Notes: generated by a model from the sequence alone, not told the origin. Positions 10,842 through 21,857 are shown, counted from the stretch's first letter. The stretch is DNA of 64,000 bases from an uncultured Methanoregulaceae archaeon (GCA_963841015.1 CAWJAX010000005.1:256001-320000); one strand, 5' to 3'. Program-made: numbers and translations.

Positions 10842-11345
10842 ATGACAGCACGGATTCTTGTTGCGTACGCATCACGGAAAGGATCGACTGCCGGGATCGC
10901 TCAGGCAATTGGCAAGGAACTCACCATAGAAGGATATACTGTTGATGTCAGTGAAATGAAATTGATCACCTCACTTGCGGGATACAATGCAGTTGTGATA
11001 GGTGCACCTGTGTATACAGGAAAGGTAACCGGGGATGTGGCAGCATTTGTTTCAACCAATAAAGATGAGCTTTCACGGGTGCCGGTTGCAGGATTTGTTA
11101 CGGGCATTGCTCCAGTGTTTCCAAAGACTGGCGATGTGAAAGGGTTCACTGACCAGCTTGTCACCGCCTTATCTCCCGTACGTCCGGTCGCGGTAACGAT
11201 GTTTGCCGGAACTCTTGATGCTGGCAAAATGAACCTTGTTGAACGAAGCCTGACAACGCTTATGAAAGTACCGACAGGTGATTTCCGTGACTGGGATGCA
11301 ATCGCAGCCTGGGCTAAGACACTCGCTGGGAAGATGGGAATATGA
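10842..11345 (+). CDS. Flavodoxin-domain protein (HemG-like)
   Basis: YASRKGSTAGIA FMN loop, VIGAPVY, and C-terminal GDFRDWDAIAAWA. Confidence 0.88.
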   Translation: MTARILVAYASRKGSTAGIAQAIGKELTIEGYTVDVSEMKLITSLAGYNAVVIGAPVYTGKVTGDVAAFVSTNKDELSRVPVAGFVTGIAPVFPKTGDVKGFTDQLVTALSPVRPVAVTMFAGTLDAGKMNLVERSLTTLMKVPTGDFRDWDAIAAWAKTLAGKMGI

Positions 11346-11497
11346 GGGGGGTCTATGCCCCTGACGGCACTGCGGTACGCGATAGAGCTGATGCCAAAGG
11401 AACTGAAAGTCGATGCGAAGATGACGGATTGTCAGATTCAGGAAAAATTGATGGACCACTCTTGTAACATAAACGCTGGCAAATAAATCTCCCGCTG

Positions 11498-13225
11498 TTA
11501 GTTAAGGGTACATGCATTTTTCAGAGTTTTCTCATCAGAATCCGATGCTGTAGCTTTGAGAGAGAGCACAACATCCTGCCTGCTGCCAGTCCGGTACAGG
11601 GTAATCCCTTTCAAATTAAGATTCCATGCCATGAGAATGGCGTCGGCACAATCCTCCTTTGTCGCGGTTTTCGGCAGGTTAATCGTCTTACTGATTGAGG
11701 CATGGACATGTTTCTGGAATGCAGCCTGCATCAGGAGGTGGTCCTTCCAATGGATATCCAGTGCCGTCTTGAATAAAGACCGGAATTCGTCCGGGAGCCA
11801 GAAAAGGTCCTGGATGGTTCCGTTCTCATGCACATGAGTGATAACATCATCTGCCCGTTTCATTCGTTCTTCGGGTGACAACTTCATTTCAGTTATAGAT
11901 TTTTCAAGATATTCGCAGAATACCGGATTTACAATTACAAACGTCTCACCGATGGTATTCATGCGGGTGTAAACAAACGAAAATACAGGTTCTATACCAC
12001 TCGAGCACTGAGCGAGCAGGGATAATGTTCCGGTCGGAGCGAGGGAGGTCAGTGCAGCATTCCTCAAAGGGAAATCTTTCCAGATACTCTCTTTCCATGC
12101 CGGAAACTCCCCGAGTTTTTCCGCCAAAATACGCGATTCGTCAACAGCGGTATCTGTTACGTTCTGCATAACCTCTTCACACCAGGTCCTTCCTTCGGCA
12201 GAATCATACGGCAACCCTACCAAAAGAAGGGCATCGTGGACTCCCATAAGTCCCAGACCAATTTTTCGGGTTTTTTTCGTTGCCTTTTCGATTTCCGGAA
12301 TCGGATAAATATTTTTGTCAATGACCCTGTCGAGGAACCGGACTGCTGTTCGCACGGTTTTGTTCAGATCGTGTTTGTTTAAAATACCCTTTTGTACGCA
12401 TGTTGCGAGATTGATACTGCCAAGAACGCAGCTCTCATACGGAAGAAGTGGTTGTTCTCCACAGGGATTGGTCGTATCAATAACGCCAAGTCCAGGAAGG
12501 GGATTATGACGGTTGATTTCTTCATAAAATAGTATGCCGGGCTCTCCGTTCTTCCAGATCCCCTCAACAATTCCTGACCATATCTGCCCGACCGTTATTA
12601 ATTCACCAGAAGACGGATGGATCATCCAGATATTTTCATACATCTTCCGGGAAACGAGGTCCATGAATTTTTCATCGACCATGACAGAGAGGTTAAAGTT
12701 GGCAATATCCCCTTCCCGTGCTTTTGCAGAAATGAAGGAGAGAATGTCTGGATGCCAGACATTGAGTATTCCCATGTTTGCTCCACGGCGACGTCCACCC
12801 TGTTTTATGACCTCCGTCGCTGCGTTAAAGATTCCCATGAATGATACAGGACCAGAAGCAACACCATCCGTAGATTGTACACGGGAACCTTTTGGCCTGA
12901 TCTGCGAGAAATTATACCCGGTTCCTCCTCCTGCCTTGTGGATGATAGCACCGTTTTTCATTGCATCGAAGATCCCAGCGATAGAGTCTGGAACAGGCAG
13001 AACGAAACAGGCAGAGAGCTGCCCGAGATCCGTTCCGGCATTCATGAGTGTTGGGGAGTTGGGCAAGAAACGAAGAGAAACCATGATATCATAATAGTCG
13101 GTCGCCTCTTTCTCTTCATCTGCAACTGCATTTGCAACGCGGTGGCAGACATCCGCGAACGTTTTTTCTCCTTTCCGTAAGTAGCGCGCCGAGAGGATGC
13201 TGTCAACGGTTTGTGATGAATCCAT
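11498..13225 (-). CDS. nrdJ: Adenosylcobalamin-dependent (class II) ribonucleotide reductase
   Basis: FLPNSPTLMNAG, QLSACF, QGGRRRGANM, TNPCGEQPL, CVLGSIN, APTGT, SISKTIN and KGITLYR. Likely start is ATG 13225. Confidence 0.94.
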   Translation of the reverse strand: MDSSQTVDSILSARYLRKGEKTFADVCHRVANAVADEEKEATDYYDIMVSLRFLPNSPTLMNAGTDLGQLSACFVLPVPDSIAGIFDAMKNGAIIHKAGGGTGYNFSQIRPKGSRVQSTDGVASGPVSFMGIFNAATEVIKQGGRRRGANMGILNVWHPDILSFISAKAREGDIANFNLSVMVDEKFMDLVSRKMYENIWMIHPSSGELITVGQIWSGIVEGIWKNGEPGILFYEEINRHNPLPGLGVIDTTNPCGEQPLLPYESCVLGSINLATCVQKGILNKHDLNKTVRTAVRFLDRVIDKNIYPIPEIEKATKKTRKIGLGLMGVHDALLLVGLPYDSAEGRTWCEEVMQNVTDTAVDESRILAEKLGEFPAWKESIWKDFPLRNAALTSLAPTGTLSLLAQCSSGIEPVFSFVYTRMNTIGETFVIVNPVFCEYLEKSITEMKLSPEERMKRADDVITHVHENGTIQDLFWLPDEFRSLFKTALDIHWKDHLLMQAAFQKHVHASISKTINLPKTATKEDCADAILMAWNLNLKGITLYRTGSRQDVVLSLKATASDSDEKTLKNACTLN

Positions 13226-13484
13226 CAGAATTCCTGAACTATCTGTACCTGTTCTCTGAAAGGGACTTAGTGACAACTGAGGTATTAAACATATTTTTTA
13301 TGTCAATTCAGCTGGTACAAACTTCCAAATGAGAATATATTTACAATTTGAAAAAGTGGGATATACTCCTAATATCCCTCAAATTTTGTAAAAATGTAGA
13401 AAAAGTTACTCCCTATCCTTATCGAATCGCCATGTTTCCAAAGGATGCCTGATTGACCTCGGGGATTCCTCTTCTTTATTGTGA

Positions 13485-13952
13485 CTACCCTCCGATGCCA
13501 AAAGCTGAGGTAATCTCAGAAAGTGCTGCCTTTTCCGGATCGCTGACTGCAACCCCGTTCTCTTTTGCCGCTTCTGCCACCTTCAGGCCGATGGCCAGGA
13601 CCCATTTTTTATATGCCAAACCCTCTTCGGGAGGGATCTTTGTCAGTGTCGTTGCTGCAGACCTGCAGGCATCTAGAGTCTTTGTCCGGTATCCAGCCTG
13701 ATCCTGTTTCCACGCATTCTGCTGATCTTTCATCAGGTCTTTAACCCGTGACTGCATCTCGGCGAGGATGAGACCCACAAGGCCACTCCCGCTTGCAGGA
13801 GCGAGGTTCGCCGGTTCCTGCATAATGGCTTTCGTTTCTCCCCACAATCCAAGGATAGAGGGGGCTGCAACCATAACAGTCATCGAAACTGCATAGGGCA
13901 GACTGACCAGGTTTTCCCATTCCGCTGGGGTAAAATTCTCTTTCATTCCCAT
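13485..13952 (-). CDS. Hypothetical helical protein
   Basis: 155-aa ORF with plausible composition and an AAGG upstream; no recognised motif. Confidence 0.7.
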   Translation of the reverse strand: MGMKENFTPAEWENLVSLPYAVSMTVMVAAPSILGLWGETKAIMQEPANLAPASGSGLVGLILAEMQSRVKDLMKDQQNAWKQDQAGYRTKTLDACRSAATTLTKIPPEEGLAYKKWVLAIGLKVAEAAKENGVAVSDPEKAALSEITSAFGIGG

Positions 13953-14175
13953 AAATCATACCTTTATTTTTCAGGAAAATATAATCGATCCATTTCTCAG
14001 ATCTGTAGAATTTCTCAGGATGTCCACAACTCAAAGCAGATAACCGACTGTTGCAAGGGTTCAGGAGTTGAATTTGAACCACCGTGCTCTTGAAAGATAT
14101 GCCTTTGTGGTAATTCACCGTTATTCCTGGAGAGGGAAGAAGATAAAGATGGATTTTATCTCTTCTTATCAGGAT

Positions 14176-14766
14176 TCAGATACCAAGTTTCTTTAAAAAC
14201 CGCTCGTGAAGACGGGTATCGCATGACAGTTCAGGATGGAACGAGAATGCCATATGCTTACCGCATTCAACCGCAACTATTCCCTGATCCATCCGGGAGA
14301 GTACTGAAACACCCCTTCCGGAAGTTGTGGCAACTGGTGCCCTGATAAAAATCGCATGGAACGGACCCCCGTCAAGTCCTTCAATCGGGAGGTCTGCTTC
14401 AAAAGATTCCCTCTGTCTCCCAAACGCATTCCGGTCCACGGTCATATCAATGAGATCCAGAGTATGGATACGGGTATCATCCACATGCGTCGCCATCAGC
14501 ACCATGCCAGCGCATGTAGCAAAAATACCTCCGGAAAACGAGCGGATCGGCCCGTACATGTGGTTTTTTTCAATGAGGCGGGAGATTGTGGTAGATTCTC
14601 CTCCAGGGATTGCAAGGGCATTGCAGGAAGAAATGTCGGCAGGGTGTCTGATTTCAAAAACTTCTGATGATTCCCCCTGCCCCATCCGGTTAAGCGCCAG
14701 CAGGAACGCTTCTACGTGTTCGCTCACATTTCCCTGGAGTGCAAGTATGCCGATCTTAACGACCAC
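14176..14766 (-). CDS. pdxT: Pyridoxal 5'-phosphate synthase glutaminase subunit
   Basis: [31 protein letters not shown] and FHPEL. The GTG start overlaps the pdxS end. Confidence 0.95.
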   Translation of the reverse strand: MVVKIGILALQGNVSEHVEAFLLALNRMGQGESSEVFEIRHPADISSCNALAIPGGESTTISRLIEKNHMYGPIRSFSGGIFATCAGMVLMATHVDDTRIHTLDLIDMTVDRNAFGRQRESFEADLPIEGLDGGPFHAIFIRAPVATTSGRGVSVLSRMDQGIVAVECGKHMAFSFHPELSCDTRLHERFLKKLGI

Positions 14767-15652
14767 GGGTTTGTAGCACCTCATCGTCCCTGAGGGTGTG
14801 CACATCAAGTCCCGGCATCGCATCGCCAAGACCTTTACTCACCCGTGCGATAACCTCAGGTTCATTGAAATGGTTAACTGCTTCGACAATCGCCTTTGCC
14901 ATCCGTTCAGGGCTGGAGGATTTGAAAATGCCGGATCCGACAAAAACCCCATCAGCACCCAGCTGCATCATCATCGCTGCATCTGATGGGGTGGCTATAC
15001 CCCCGGCTGAGAAGTTCACAACGGGCAGCCGCCCGCGCTCCGAACATTCTATGACCAGTTCTGCGGGGGCTTCGATATCCCGTGCATAATCGATCATTTC
15101 CTGCCGGTCCATGCCTTTCAGCATCCGTATCTCTCCCATAATATTGCGCATATGGCGGACAGCCTCGACAACATTGCCGGTCCCTGCCTCACCCTTGGTC
15201 CGGATCATCGCTGCTCCCTCGTTTATCCTGCGAAGGGCCTCTCCGAGATCCCGGGCCCCGCACACGAAGGGAACTTTGAAAAGTTTCTTATCGATATGAT
15301 ATTGCTCATCTGCCGGTGTCAGGACCTCACTCTCATCAATCATATCGACACCCAGGGTTTCCAAGACCTGTGCTTCCACAAAATGCCCGATCCGCACCTT
15401 TCCCATAACCGGGATAGAGACCGCATCAATGATCTCAATGACCTTCTCGGGATCCGCCATGCGGGCAACACCCCCCATTTTCCGGATGTCCGAAGGCACC
15501 CGTTCCAGCGACATGACTGCGACGGCACCGGCGTCCTCAGCGATCTTTGCCTGGTCGGCATTTACAACATCCATAATAACTCCCCCTTTCTGCATGGATG
15601 CAAAGCCGCGCTTGAGAAGCTCAGTGCCAAATCTCAGTTCTTCAAGTTTCAT
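14756..15652 (-). CDS. pdxS: Pyridoxal 5'-phosphate synthase lyase subunit
   Basis: [25 protein letters not shown] and [11 protein letters not shown]. Confidence 0.97.
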   Translation of the reverse strand: MKLEELRFGTELLKRGFASMQKGGVIMDVVNADQAKIAEDAGAVAVMSLERVPSDIRKMGGVARMADPEKVIEIIDAVSIPVMGKVRIGHFVEAQVLETLGVDMIDESEVLTPADEQYHIDKKLFKVPFVCGARDLGEALRRINEGAAMIRTKGEAGTGNVVEAVRHMRNIMGEIRMLKGMDRQEMIDYARDIEAPAELVIECSERGRLPVVNFSAGGIATPSDAAMMMQLGADGVFVGSGIFKSSSPERMAKAIVEAVNHFNEPEVIARVSKGLGDAMPGLDVHTLRDDEVLQTRGR

Positions 15653-16590
15653 ATGCCGGTACTATTGATCCATGATCCCAATAAAATCAGAGTACTACCG
15701 GCAATAATGGTAAAGGTAATCGTTACAAACCGGCACGCCCGGATAATATCAGAGCCGGCTTCATCAAGAGTTCTTGCCCCGTCTCCAATTGTATAGATCC
15801 CTGGTTTTTCAAACCGTATTCCCATCCCCCCTGCCATAGTTGCCATCACAATACCGCCATTATAACCTGGACGTTTATGACCGTCGCGACGCATCACACG
15901 CACTGCATCCGAAAATGTCCCCTTGAAGGCAAAATACACAAGAAGCAACAATGCCGTAAACCGTGCGGGAACGAAATTCAGTAGGTCATCCATGCGAGCC
16001 GAGAACCAGCCTAAACGTTCCCTTTCATCCCGATATCCCAGCATAGCATCCATGGTGTTTGCTGCACGAAATATGGCAGCACCGGCAAGCCCGAAGAATA
16101 AAAAATAAAACAAGGGGGAGATAATGCTGTCAGTTAGATTTTCAGTCATCGATTCATACCCGGCTGACAGAATTTGTTCACGTTCAAGATATGCGGTGTC
16201 TCTCGATACCAGCATTTTAACCTTTTCTCGCCCAATCTGCACCCCATCTTTCAAAGCAGCCACAACCGCAAGAGTATGCTCTTCGAGCGATCGCCATGCA
16301 AAACAGCATTTGAGCAGGAAGGGCGCAATGATCAGGTACAGGTACCACGGGCTGAAAACTTTAAAAAAGTAAAACGGCAGCGCGAAAAGAATTGTTGTGG
16401 CAAGCCAGAAGACCACACCAAAAAAACGCTGGAACCGGGGGGAATATTTTTCCGGCTTACCCCACCACCCAATAAACCTGCCAAGGATTGCAACGGGATG
16501 CCAATGCGAATGTGGATCTCCGATAAGACGATCAATAATAAGAGCGCAGATTAATACAATGACTGTGATCGTTACTGCTGACGGTACCAT
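15649..16590 (-). CDS. cbiB: Adenosylcobinamide-phosphate synthase (CbiB/CobD)
   Basis: GDP..HPV, VSRDT, ENLTD and [20 protein letters not shown] motifs. Confidence 0.92.
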   Translation of the reverse strand: MVPSAVTITVIVLICALIIDRLIGDPHSHWHPVAILGRFIGWWGKPEKYSPRFQRFFGVVFWLATTILFALPFYFFKVFSPWYLYLIIAPFLLKCCFAWRSLEEHTLAVVAALKDGVQIGREKVKMLVSRDTAYLEREQILSAGYESMTENLTDSIISPLFYFLFFGLAGAAIFRAANTMDAMLGYRDERERLGWFSARMDDLLNFVPARFTALLLLVYFAFKGTFSDAVRVMRRDGHKRPGYNGGIVMATMAGGMGIRFEKPGIYTIGDGARTLDEAGSDIIRACRFVTITFTIIAGSTLILLGSWINSTGI

Positions 16591-17144
16591 ATGTAGAGTG
16601 CACCAACGATAAGGGTGATAAAAGCGGCAGTATTGAGAAATTCAATTTTCGTATAAAGTGATGCACTATAGAGGACTAAGGCAATTCCCATCATGATCAT
16701 CAGAAGATGCGGGCGACCATGGGCAACCGGCTGGAGGGGAGGTTCATCCTTTGCTGGCTTTTTCTCAATAGCTAATCCCTGGATGACATCAACCCGAAGG
16801 GTCGTTTTTGTTCCACCGTATCCGGTAATAATCTCCAGATCAAAGAATCCTTCTGGGCAGTCTTTTCGCAGATGAATGGTTAATTCCGTTTCATCGACCA
16901 CATACATGTTCTCGTGGAAGAAATCAGTATACATCCCTGAATTGGGAGTGGAGATGGTAATATGAGTCGGGGCTCCACGGTTTTTAAAAATTAACCGCAG
17001 GGAACCGCCTGTTTTTACCCATATGTTTTCTTTTGGGACTTCAATAAAATTAATCCCAAGGCGGTTAAGATAAAATTCAAAAGATGTTTCATTGGAGACC
17101 TGACCCGCCGCAATCAGCACGGTGAATGACAACGGGAAATTCAT
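16572..17144 (-). CDS. Hypothetical protein with two C-terminal transmembrane helices
   Basis: ATG 17144 preceded by AGGAG; in the operon between trm112 and cbiB. Confidence 0.75.
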   Translation of the reverse strand: MNFPLSFTVLIAAGQVSNETSFEFYLNRLGINFIEVPKENIWVKTGGSLRLIFKNRGAPTHITISTPNSGMYTDFFHENMYVVDETELTIHLRKDCPEGFFDLEIITGYGGTKTTLRVDVIQGLAIEKKPAKDEPPLQPVAHGRPHLLMIMMGIALVLYSASLYTKIEFLNTAAFITLIVGALYIWYRQQ

Positions 17145-17157
17145 TCCTGCTCCTTTT

Positions 17158-17343
17158 TTATTTTGTCGGGGGGGTCTGTGGGAGAAGATTGGGAATACCT
17201 TCATGGATAGGATAATTTACCCCACAAGCGGTGCAGAATAAGCCTCCCTCGAGGATTTCCTTTTCATCCTCTTTCTGAACCTCAAGTGTGAGATCTCCTT
17301 TGCATATCGGGCAACATAGTATGTCCATGAGTGAACGTCTCAT
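17158..17343 (-). CDS. trm112: Trm112-family methyltransferase activator
   Basis: DILCCPICKG...CTACGVNYPIHEGIPNLL. Confidence 0.92.
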   Translation of the reverse strand: MRRSLMDILCCPICKGDLTLEVQKEDEKEILEGGLFCTACGVNYPIHEGIPNLLPQTPPTK

Positions 17344-18353
17344 ACTATTTCTTTCCTCAAATCGATGATCTGGGTCATCTCAGGTCCGGTAGAGATCAGG
17401 GTAATAGGGCTGCCGATATCGTCCTCTGCTTTCTTTAAAAAGTCTTTTGCCTTCTTTGACAATTTCCCGTACTCAGTCACCCCAAAACAGTTTTTATCCA
17501 CTCGATCGATTCCGGTAATTGCTGCCTGGGTACATCCATTGATCATGGCTGAATACCGGGCCATATCCCCATCCCATCCACCAATACGCCGCTTCCGGTG
17601 GGTGACGGTTCCAAACTCCTGGATACCCATTGAATCAGATTTTTCAGCAGTCATCTCCGTACTGAACGGGCCTTCACCAACACGGGTGGGATATGCCTTG
17701 AAAACAACAATTACATCATCAATTTTTGTTGGTCCTACGCCATTATCCGCTGCAATCTGGGATGCCGAGGTATCTTTGCTTGTTACGAAAGGATATGTAC
17801 CATAGTAGAGAGAGATACCAAAACCCTGTGTCCCTTCAAGCAGTACCGTCTTTCCTTGTTTGAGCTCATCATCAATCGCTTTTGGGACGTCCAGTAAATA
17901 TTCGGCAAGCTCTGGTACATCCTTTGCCTGAGGAGAAATCCGCATCACCCGGTCAGAATTTGCAGGCCCGCATCCTGATCCGGTGCTTCCAATCTTCTTT
18001 GACAGGTGAGCACTTCCCTTATCCCTGATGATGTGATCTTCGGTAATAATACCACAGCGTTTATCAACAAATACCCGGCCTTTCACATCGAGCATTTCGA
18101 TTTCCTGTTTCAAAATGCGGGGGTCGACAAGCACACCGCTGCCAATGCAGAGTTTAGCTTGTTTATACACAAAACCTGACGGAACCATGCGGACACCATA
18201 TTCGCGGTCTCCAACCTGAACAGTGTGCCCGGCATTCGGCCCAACACCGCCGCGTGAGATGATTACCGGTTTGTCTTTGTATGCAATATGGGCAACAATT
18301 TTACCCTTTCCTTCATCTCCAAAAAATCCACCAACGATGATCGTGCAGCTCAT
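17340..18353 (-). CDS. purA: Adenylosuccinate synthetase
   Basis: GDEGKGK, GPNAGHT, EGTQG, YPFVTS and GTVTHRKRRIG. Likely start is ATG 18353. Confidence 0.96.
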   Translation of the reverse strand: MSCTIIVGGFFGDEGKGKIVAHIAYKDKPVIISRGGVGPNAGHTVQVGDREYGVRMVPSGFVYKQAKLCIGSGVLVDPRILKQEIEMLDVKGRVFVDKRCGIITEDHIIRDKGSAHLSKKIGSTGSGCGPANSDRVMRISPQAKDVPELAEYLLDVPKAIDDELKQGKTVLLEGTQGFGISLYYGTYPFVTSKDTSASQIAADNGVGPTKIDDVIVVFKAYPTRVGEGPFSTEMTAEKSDSMGIQEFGTVTHRKRRIGGWDGDMARYSAMINGCTQAAITGIDRVDKNCFGVTEYGKLSKKAKDFLKKAEDDIGSPITLISTGPEMTQIIDLRKEIV

Positions 18354-18462
18354 TGTAATATCAAGTAGTATTGATCGAATTGCAAAATAAAGTATGCTTA
18401 GGAAAAGTTCCCTGAACACAGCAGGAAGAATACATGGTTTTTTCGGGGTTTACTCCTATATA

Positions 18463-19620
18463 TCAGAGACCGTTGAGGAACGATTCCATCCGCCCGAGTG
18501 CTTCAGTAAGTTGCTTTCTGGAAACCGCATAGGCACAGCGCAGATTGTTTTCACCACCAACACCAAAGACACTCCCAGGTACCACGGCAACCTGGTGTTC
18601 TGTTAAGAGTCGTTCGGCAAACTCGGTGTCCGACATCCCGGTACCTTTGACAGATGGAAATGCATAGAATGCCCCCTCAGGAACATGAGTGGGGAGGCCG
18701 ATGCGGTTTAATCCTGCAACAAACATATTGCGCCTTAAACGGTATTCCTGCACCATATTATTTTTATCCTCTTCTGCAGAGCGAATTGCTTCAAGAGCAC
18801 CAACCTGGCCCATGACGGGTGCGCAGAGCATCACATACTGATGGATCTTAAGGATTGCTTCGCAGAGCTCTTTTGGTGCACAGAGATAGCCGACACGCCA
18901 TCCGGTCATTGCGTACGCTTTCGAGAACCCGTTGAGGGTAATTGTCCGCTGCCAAAGATCACTTACTGTTGCTGCAGCAACATGGCTTCCTTCATAGGTC
19001 AGTTCTGCATATACCTCATCAGAGATGAGCAGAAGGTCGTTATCAATAATGATATCCGCGATGGCCTGAAGATCTTTCCGGTTCATTACGGCACCGGTGG
19101 GATTGTTCGGGAAATTGATCATTACGGCTTTTGTTTTCCCGGTGATCTTTTCCTGGAGTGTCTCAGGATTGAGTTTGAACCGGTCAGCTTCTGTACATTC
19201 AACAGGAACCGGGAGGCCTCCTGCCAGGGTGACACAGGGTGCATAAGAGACATAACTTGGTTGTGCGATAAGCACTTCATCCCCTGGATCTACAATTGCC
19301 CGGATAGCGATATCCAGCGCTTCTGAAACTCCACTCGTGATAATAATTTCATCTTCGCTGCTATAAGGAAGATTATAGTGCTGATTTAAGTAGTTGGAGA
19401 GTGTTTCAAGGAGCACCGGCAAACCTTTATTGGGGGTATACGATGTCATCCCCTGTTCTATTGAGTAAATGCTCGACTCGCATATATTCCAGGGAGTGCG
19501 AAAATCAGGTTCGCCAACACCCAGGGATATGACATCCTCCATCGTCAGAGCAAGATCGAAGAATTTCCTGATTCCTGACGGTGGGATGTTCTGTGCACGT
19601 TCTGAAATAAAATTCCGCAT
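18463..19620 (-). CDS. Class I/II PLP-dependent aminotransferase
   Basis: LGVGEPDF, NNPTG, SDEVY and GFSKAYAMTGWRVG. Confidence 0.93.
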   Translation of the reverse strand: MRNFISERAQNIPPSGIRKFFDLALTMEDVISLGVGEPDFRTPWNICESSIYSIEQGMTSYTPNKGLPVLLETLSNYLNQHYNLPYSSEDEIIITSGVSEALDIAIRAIVDPGDEVLIAQPSYVSYAPCVTLAGGLPVPVECTEADRFKLNPETLQEKITGKTKAVMINFPNNPTGAVMNRKDLQAIADIIIDNDLLLISDEVYAELTYEGSHVAAATVSDLWQRTITLNGFSKAYAMTGWRVGYLCAPKELCEAILKIHQYVMLCAPVMGQVGALEAIRSAEEDKNNMVQEYRLRRNMFVAGLNRIGLPTHVPEGAFYAFPSVKGTGMSDTEFAERLLTEHQVAVVPGSVFGVGGENNLRCAYAVSRKQLTEALGRMESFLNGL

Positions 19621-19628
19621 TCTACACC

Positions 19629-20120
19629 TTAGAAAGAGTACGGGAGCCGTTCTGCTTCCTGTTGTTCAAAGAGTATGTTGCCATTTTCCTTGTACGACTT
19701 CATGATAATGTGAGTTGCCGTCTCTCGGATCCTATCCATAGGTGCTACATGTTCAGAGACGAAACGGGAAACTTCCTGCATGTTATTTCCTGTTACAAGG
19801 AGCTGGAGATCATAGGTGCCCGTCATTAGGCGCAGGGTTTTTACCTGCCTGAACCGGGAAAGCCGTTCTGCTATCCGGTCATAGCCGAAGTCGCGTTCGG
19901 GATTTACCTTGAGTTCGATGATGGAAGATACCTCGCCGTTGCCTGCCAGCTCCCAGTTGATGACAGTTGTATATTTCCGGATAACCCCGGCAGCCTCAAG
20001 TGCATGGACCCGTGCCTCCACTTCATTGGGGGTGAGATTTGTCATCGTAGCTATTTCCGTTGCTGAGAGCCTGCTGTTATCCTCAAGAATTCGGAGAAGT
20101 TCGAGATCTTTTTCTTGCAT
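19629..20120 (-). CDS. Lrp/AsnC family transcriptional regulator
   Basis: N-terminal HTH (LEDNSRLS..EIA..LEAAGVIRKY) and a RAM domain (LMTGTYDL). Confidence 0.92.
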   Translation of the reverse strand: MQEKDLELLRILEDNSRLSATEIATMTNLTPNEVEARVHALEAAGVIRKYTTVINWELAGNGEVSSIIELKVNPERDFGYDRIAERLSRFRQVKTLRLMTGTYDLQLLVTGNNMQEVSRFVSEHVAPMDRIRETATHIIMKSYKENGNILFEQQEAERLPYSF

Positions 20121-20126
20121 ACCTCA

Positions 20127-21420
20127 TCACCTGAACCATGTTTTTAACCATTTTGCTTCCATCTGCTTTACATCAAGGTCCTTTAACCCGTTCAGTCGCG
20201 AATCCTTGAGCACAACTTCACGGATCTTGCCCGTGTTTGAGTCAAACCACATCTCTTTTGTTCTGCCATACCGCCCACGGCTTACCACACGTGTGTTGAT
20301 TACACCGAGCATGTTTAACTCAGAGATGAGATCGGTAATGCGACGATGAGTGAGTACATCAAGTTCAATTCTCGGTGCAATGTCCTGATATATACGTGAA
20401 ACTTCCCCGCTGGTAAATATATTCTGTCCGAGCCTGCTCGAGTATGAGCATCGAGAACAAGATAAGTTTACTCTGGGTGGGAAGTGTTGCAATGCATTCA
20501 ATCATACTATCAGTTTCGATCTTTGCCTGTGCCTGCTTAACGTGCTCTTCTTTGACCAGATCTGATTCATCGCGATCAGCAAGTTCGCCGGAAATTCTCA
20601 AAAGGTCAAGGGCCCGACGGGCATCTCCATGTTCCTGTGCTGCAAGAGCGGAACAGAGCGGGATTACCCCTTCTGCTATGGCATCCTTCATGAATGCCGC
20701 ATCAGACCGTTGTGCAAGAATGTCGACAAGCTGTGGAGCATTGTAAGGTGGGAATACAATCTCTTCCTCAGAGAGCGATGAAAGGACACGGGGATCCAGA
20801 AAATCTTTGAAACTCAGATCGTTTGAGATGCCAATGATGCTCACCTTGGAATTTTTTAGATCGGTGTTGATTCGCGTAAGATTATACAGCGTGTCATCAC
20901 CGCTCTTTTTTACCAGCTTATCAATCTCATCAAGCACAATGACCAGCACACCGCCACCAGCTTCGAGTTGATTTTTGAGCTCGGCATATACTTGATCGGT
21001 GGGCCAGCCAGTCATGGGGATATGAAGCCTGGTCTTATCACTGGCGGCTTCATCCATTTCATCAAGACTTTTTGCTATTTGAGCAAGTACACGGTATTGG
21101 GTATCGATCACTTCGCAGTTTAAATGGACAATCCGGCATATGGTGCCCATCTTGCTACTTGCCTTTTCAAGTTCTGATCCCACATACCTGACACAGGCTG
21201 TCTTGCCGGTCCCGGTCTTTCCATAAATTAGGATATTTGAAGGGGTTTCGTTTCTCAGAGAGGGAGCGAGGATTGACGCCACATTATCAATCTGGGGCTT
21301 ACGATGGGGAAGAATCTGAGGCCGGTACGAGTGTCGGAGAACTTCGCGATCGCGGAATATCTTGTTATTGGCAAGGTATTTTTTAAATAACCCTGTTGAG
21401 GGATCTGCTGTTTCGGGCAT
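20127..21420 (-). pseudogene. cdc6: Orc1/Cdc6 replication initiator, split by one extra G near 20433 (probably a sequencing error)
   Basis: GKTGTGKT Walker A, VLDEID Walker B and GDARRALDLLR. The winged-helix part (TSGEV..RRITDLISELNMLG..GRYGRTK) lies in the next frame. Confidence 0.93.
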
Positions 21421-21488
21421 AGTGACACTAAGGATCAGACACTTAGTGACATAAGACTAAAAAACGATCGGTTTATCCCTTTTATAAA

Positions 21489-21507
21489 CCCCTTTGTTTC
21501 CAGTGGA
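21489..21507 (-). promoter_or_regulatory. ORB element 1
   Basis: Minus strand reads TCCACTGGAAACAAAGGGG, matching the archaeal ORB consensus with G-string. Confidence 0.88.
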
Positions 21508-21674
21508 CCGAGTGCAATTTACAATTGAATTCCTTAATAAAGCCCAAAAATTTTAATTTAATCTTTATTATTGATTTGATTGAAACAAAATAAAAAAGCA
21601 ATATCTGGTTTAAATGTCAGAAATAAACATGATTTTAAAGATTATCCGATTCCTTTCAATTTTTGGGGAGGGGG

Positions 21675-21696
21675 ACCCCTTGGTTTCGTGTGGAAA
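21675..21696 (-). promoter_or_regulatory. ORB element 2
   Basis: Minus strand reads TTTCCACACGAAACCAAGGGGT. Confidence 0.88.
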
Positions 21697-21857
21697 TCAT
21701 TAGTATGACTTAAGATCGTTTAAAATCTCAATAAAATGAGCTTATTTAGATCTGGATTTTTAAATATATAAACATTTCAACACCAGATATCCTTTTCTTG
21801 TTTGATAAAAAAGGCAATAAACAATTATTTTACTGAAAAGGAGACCCTGGAACATAG

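Noticed and set aside
14060-14090. GGTTCAAATTC T-loop-like string on the minus strand
   Set aside because: No cloverleaf context.
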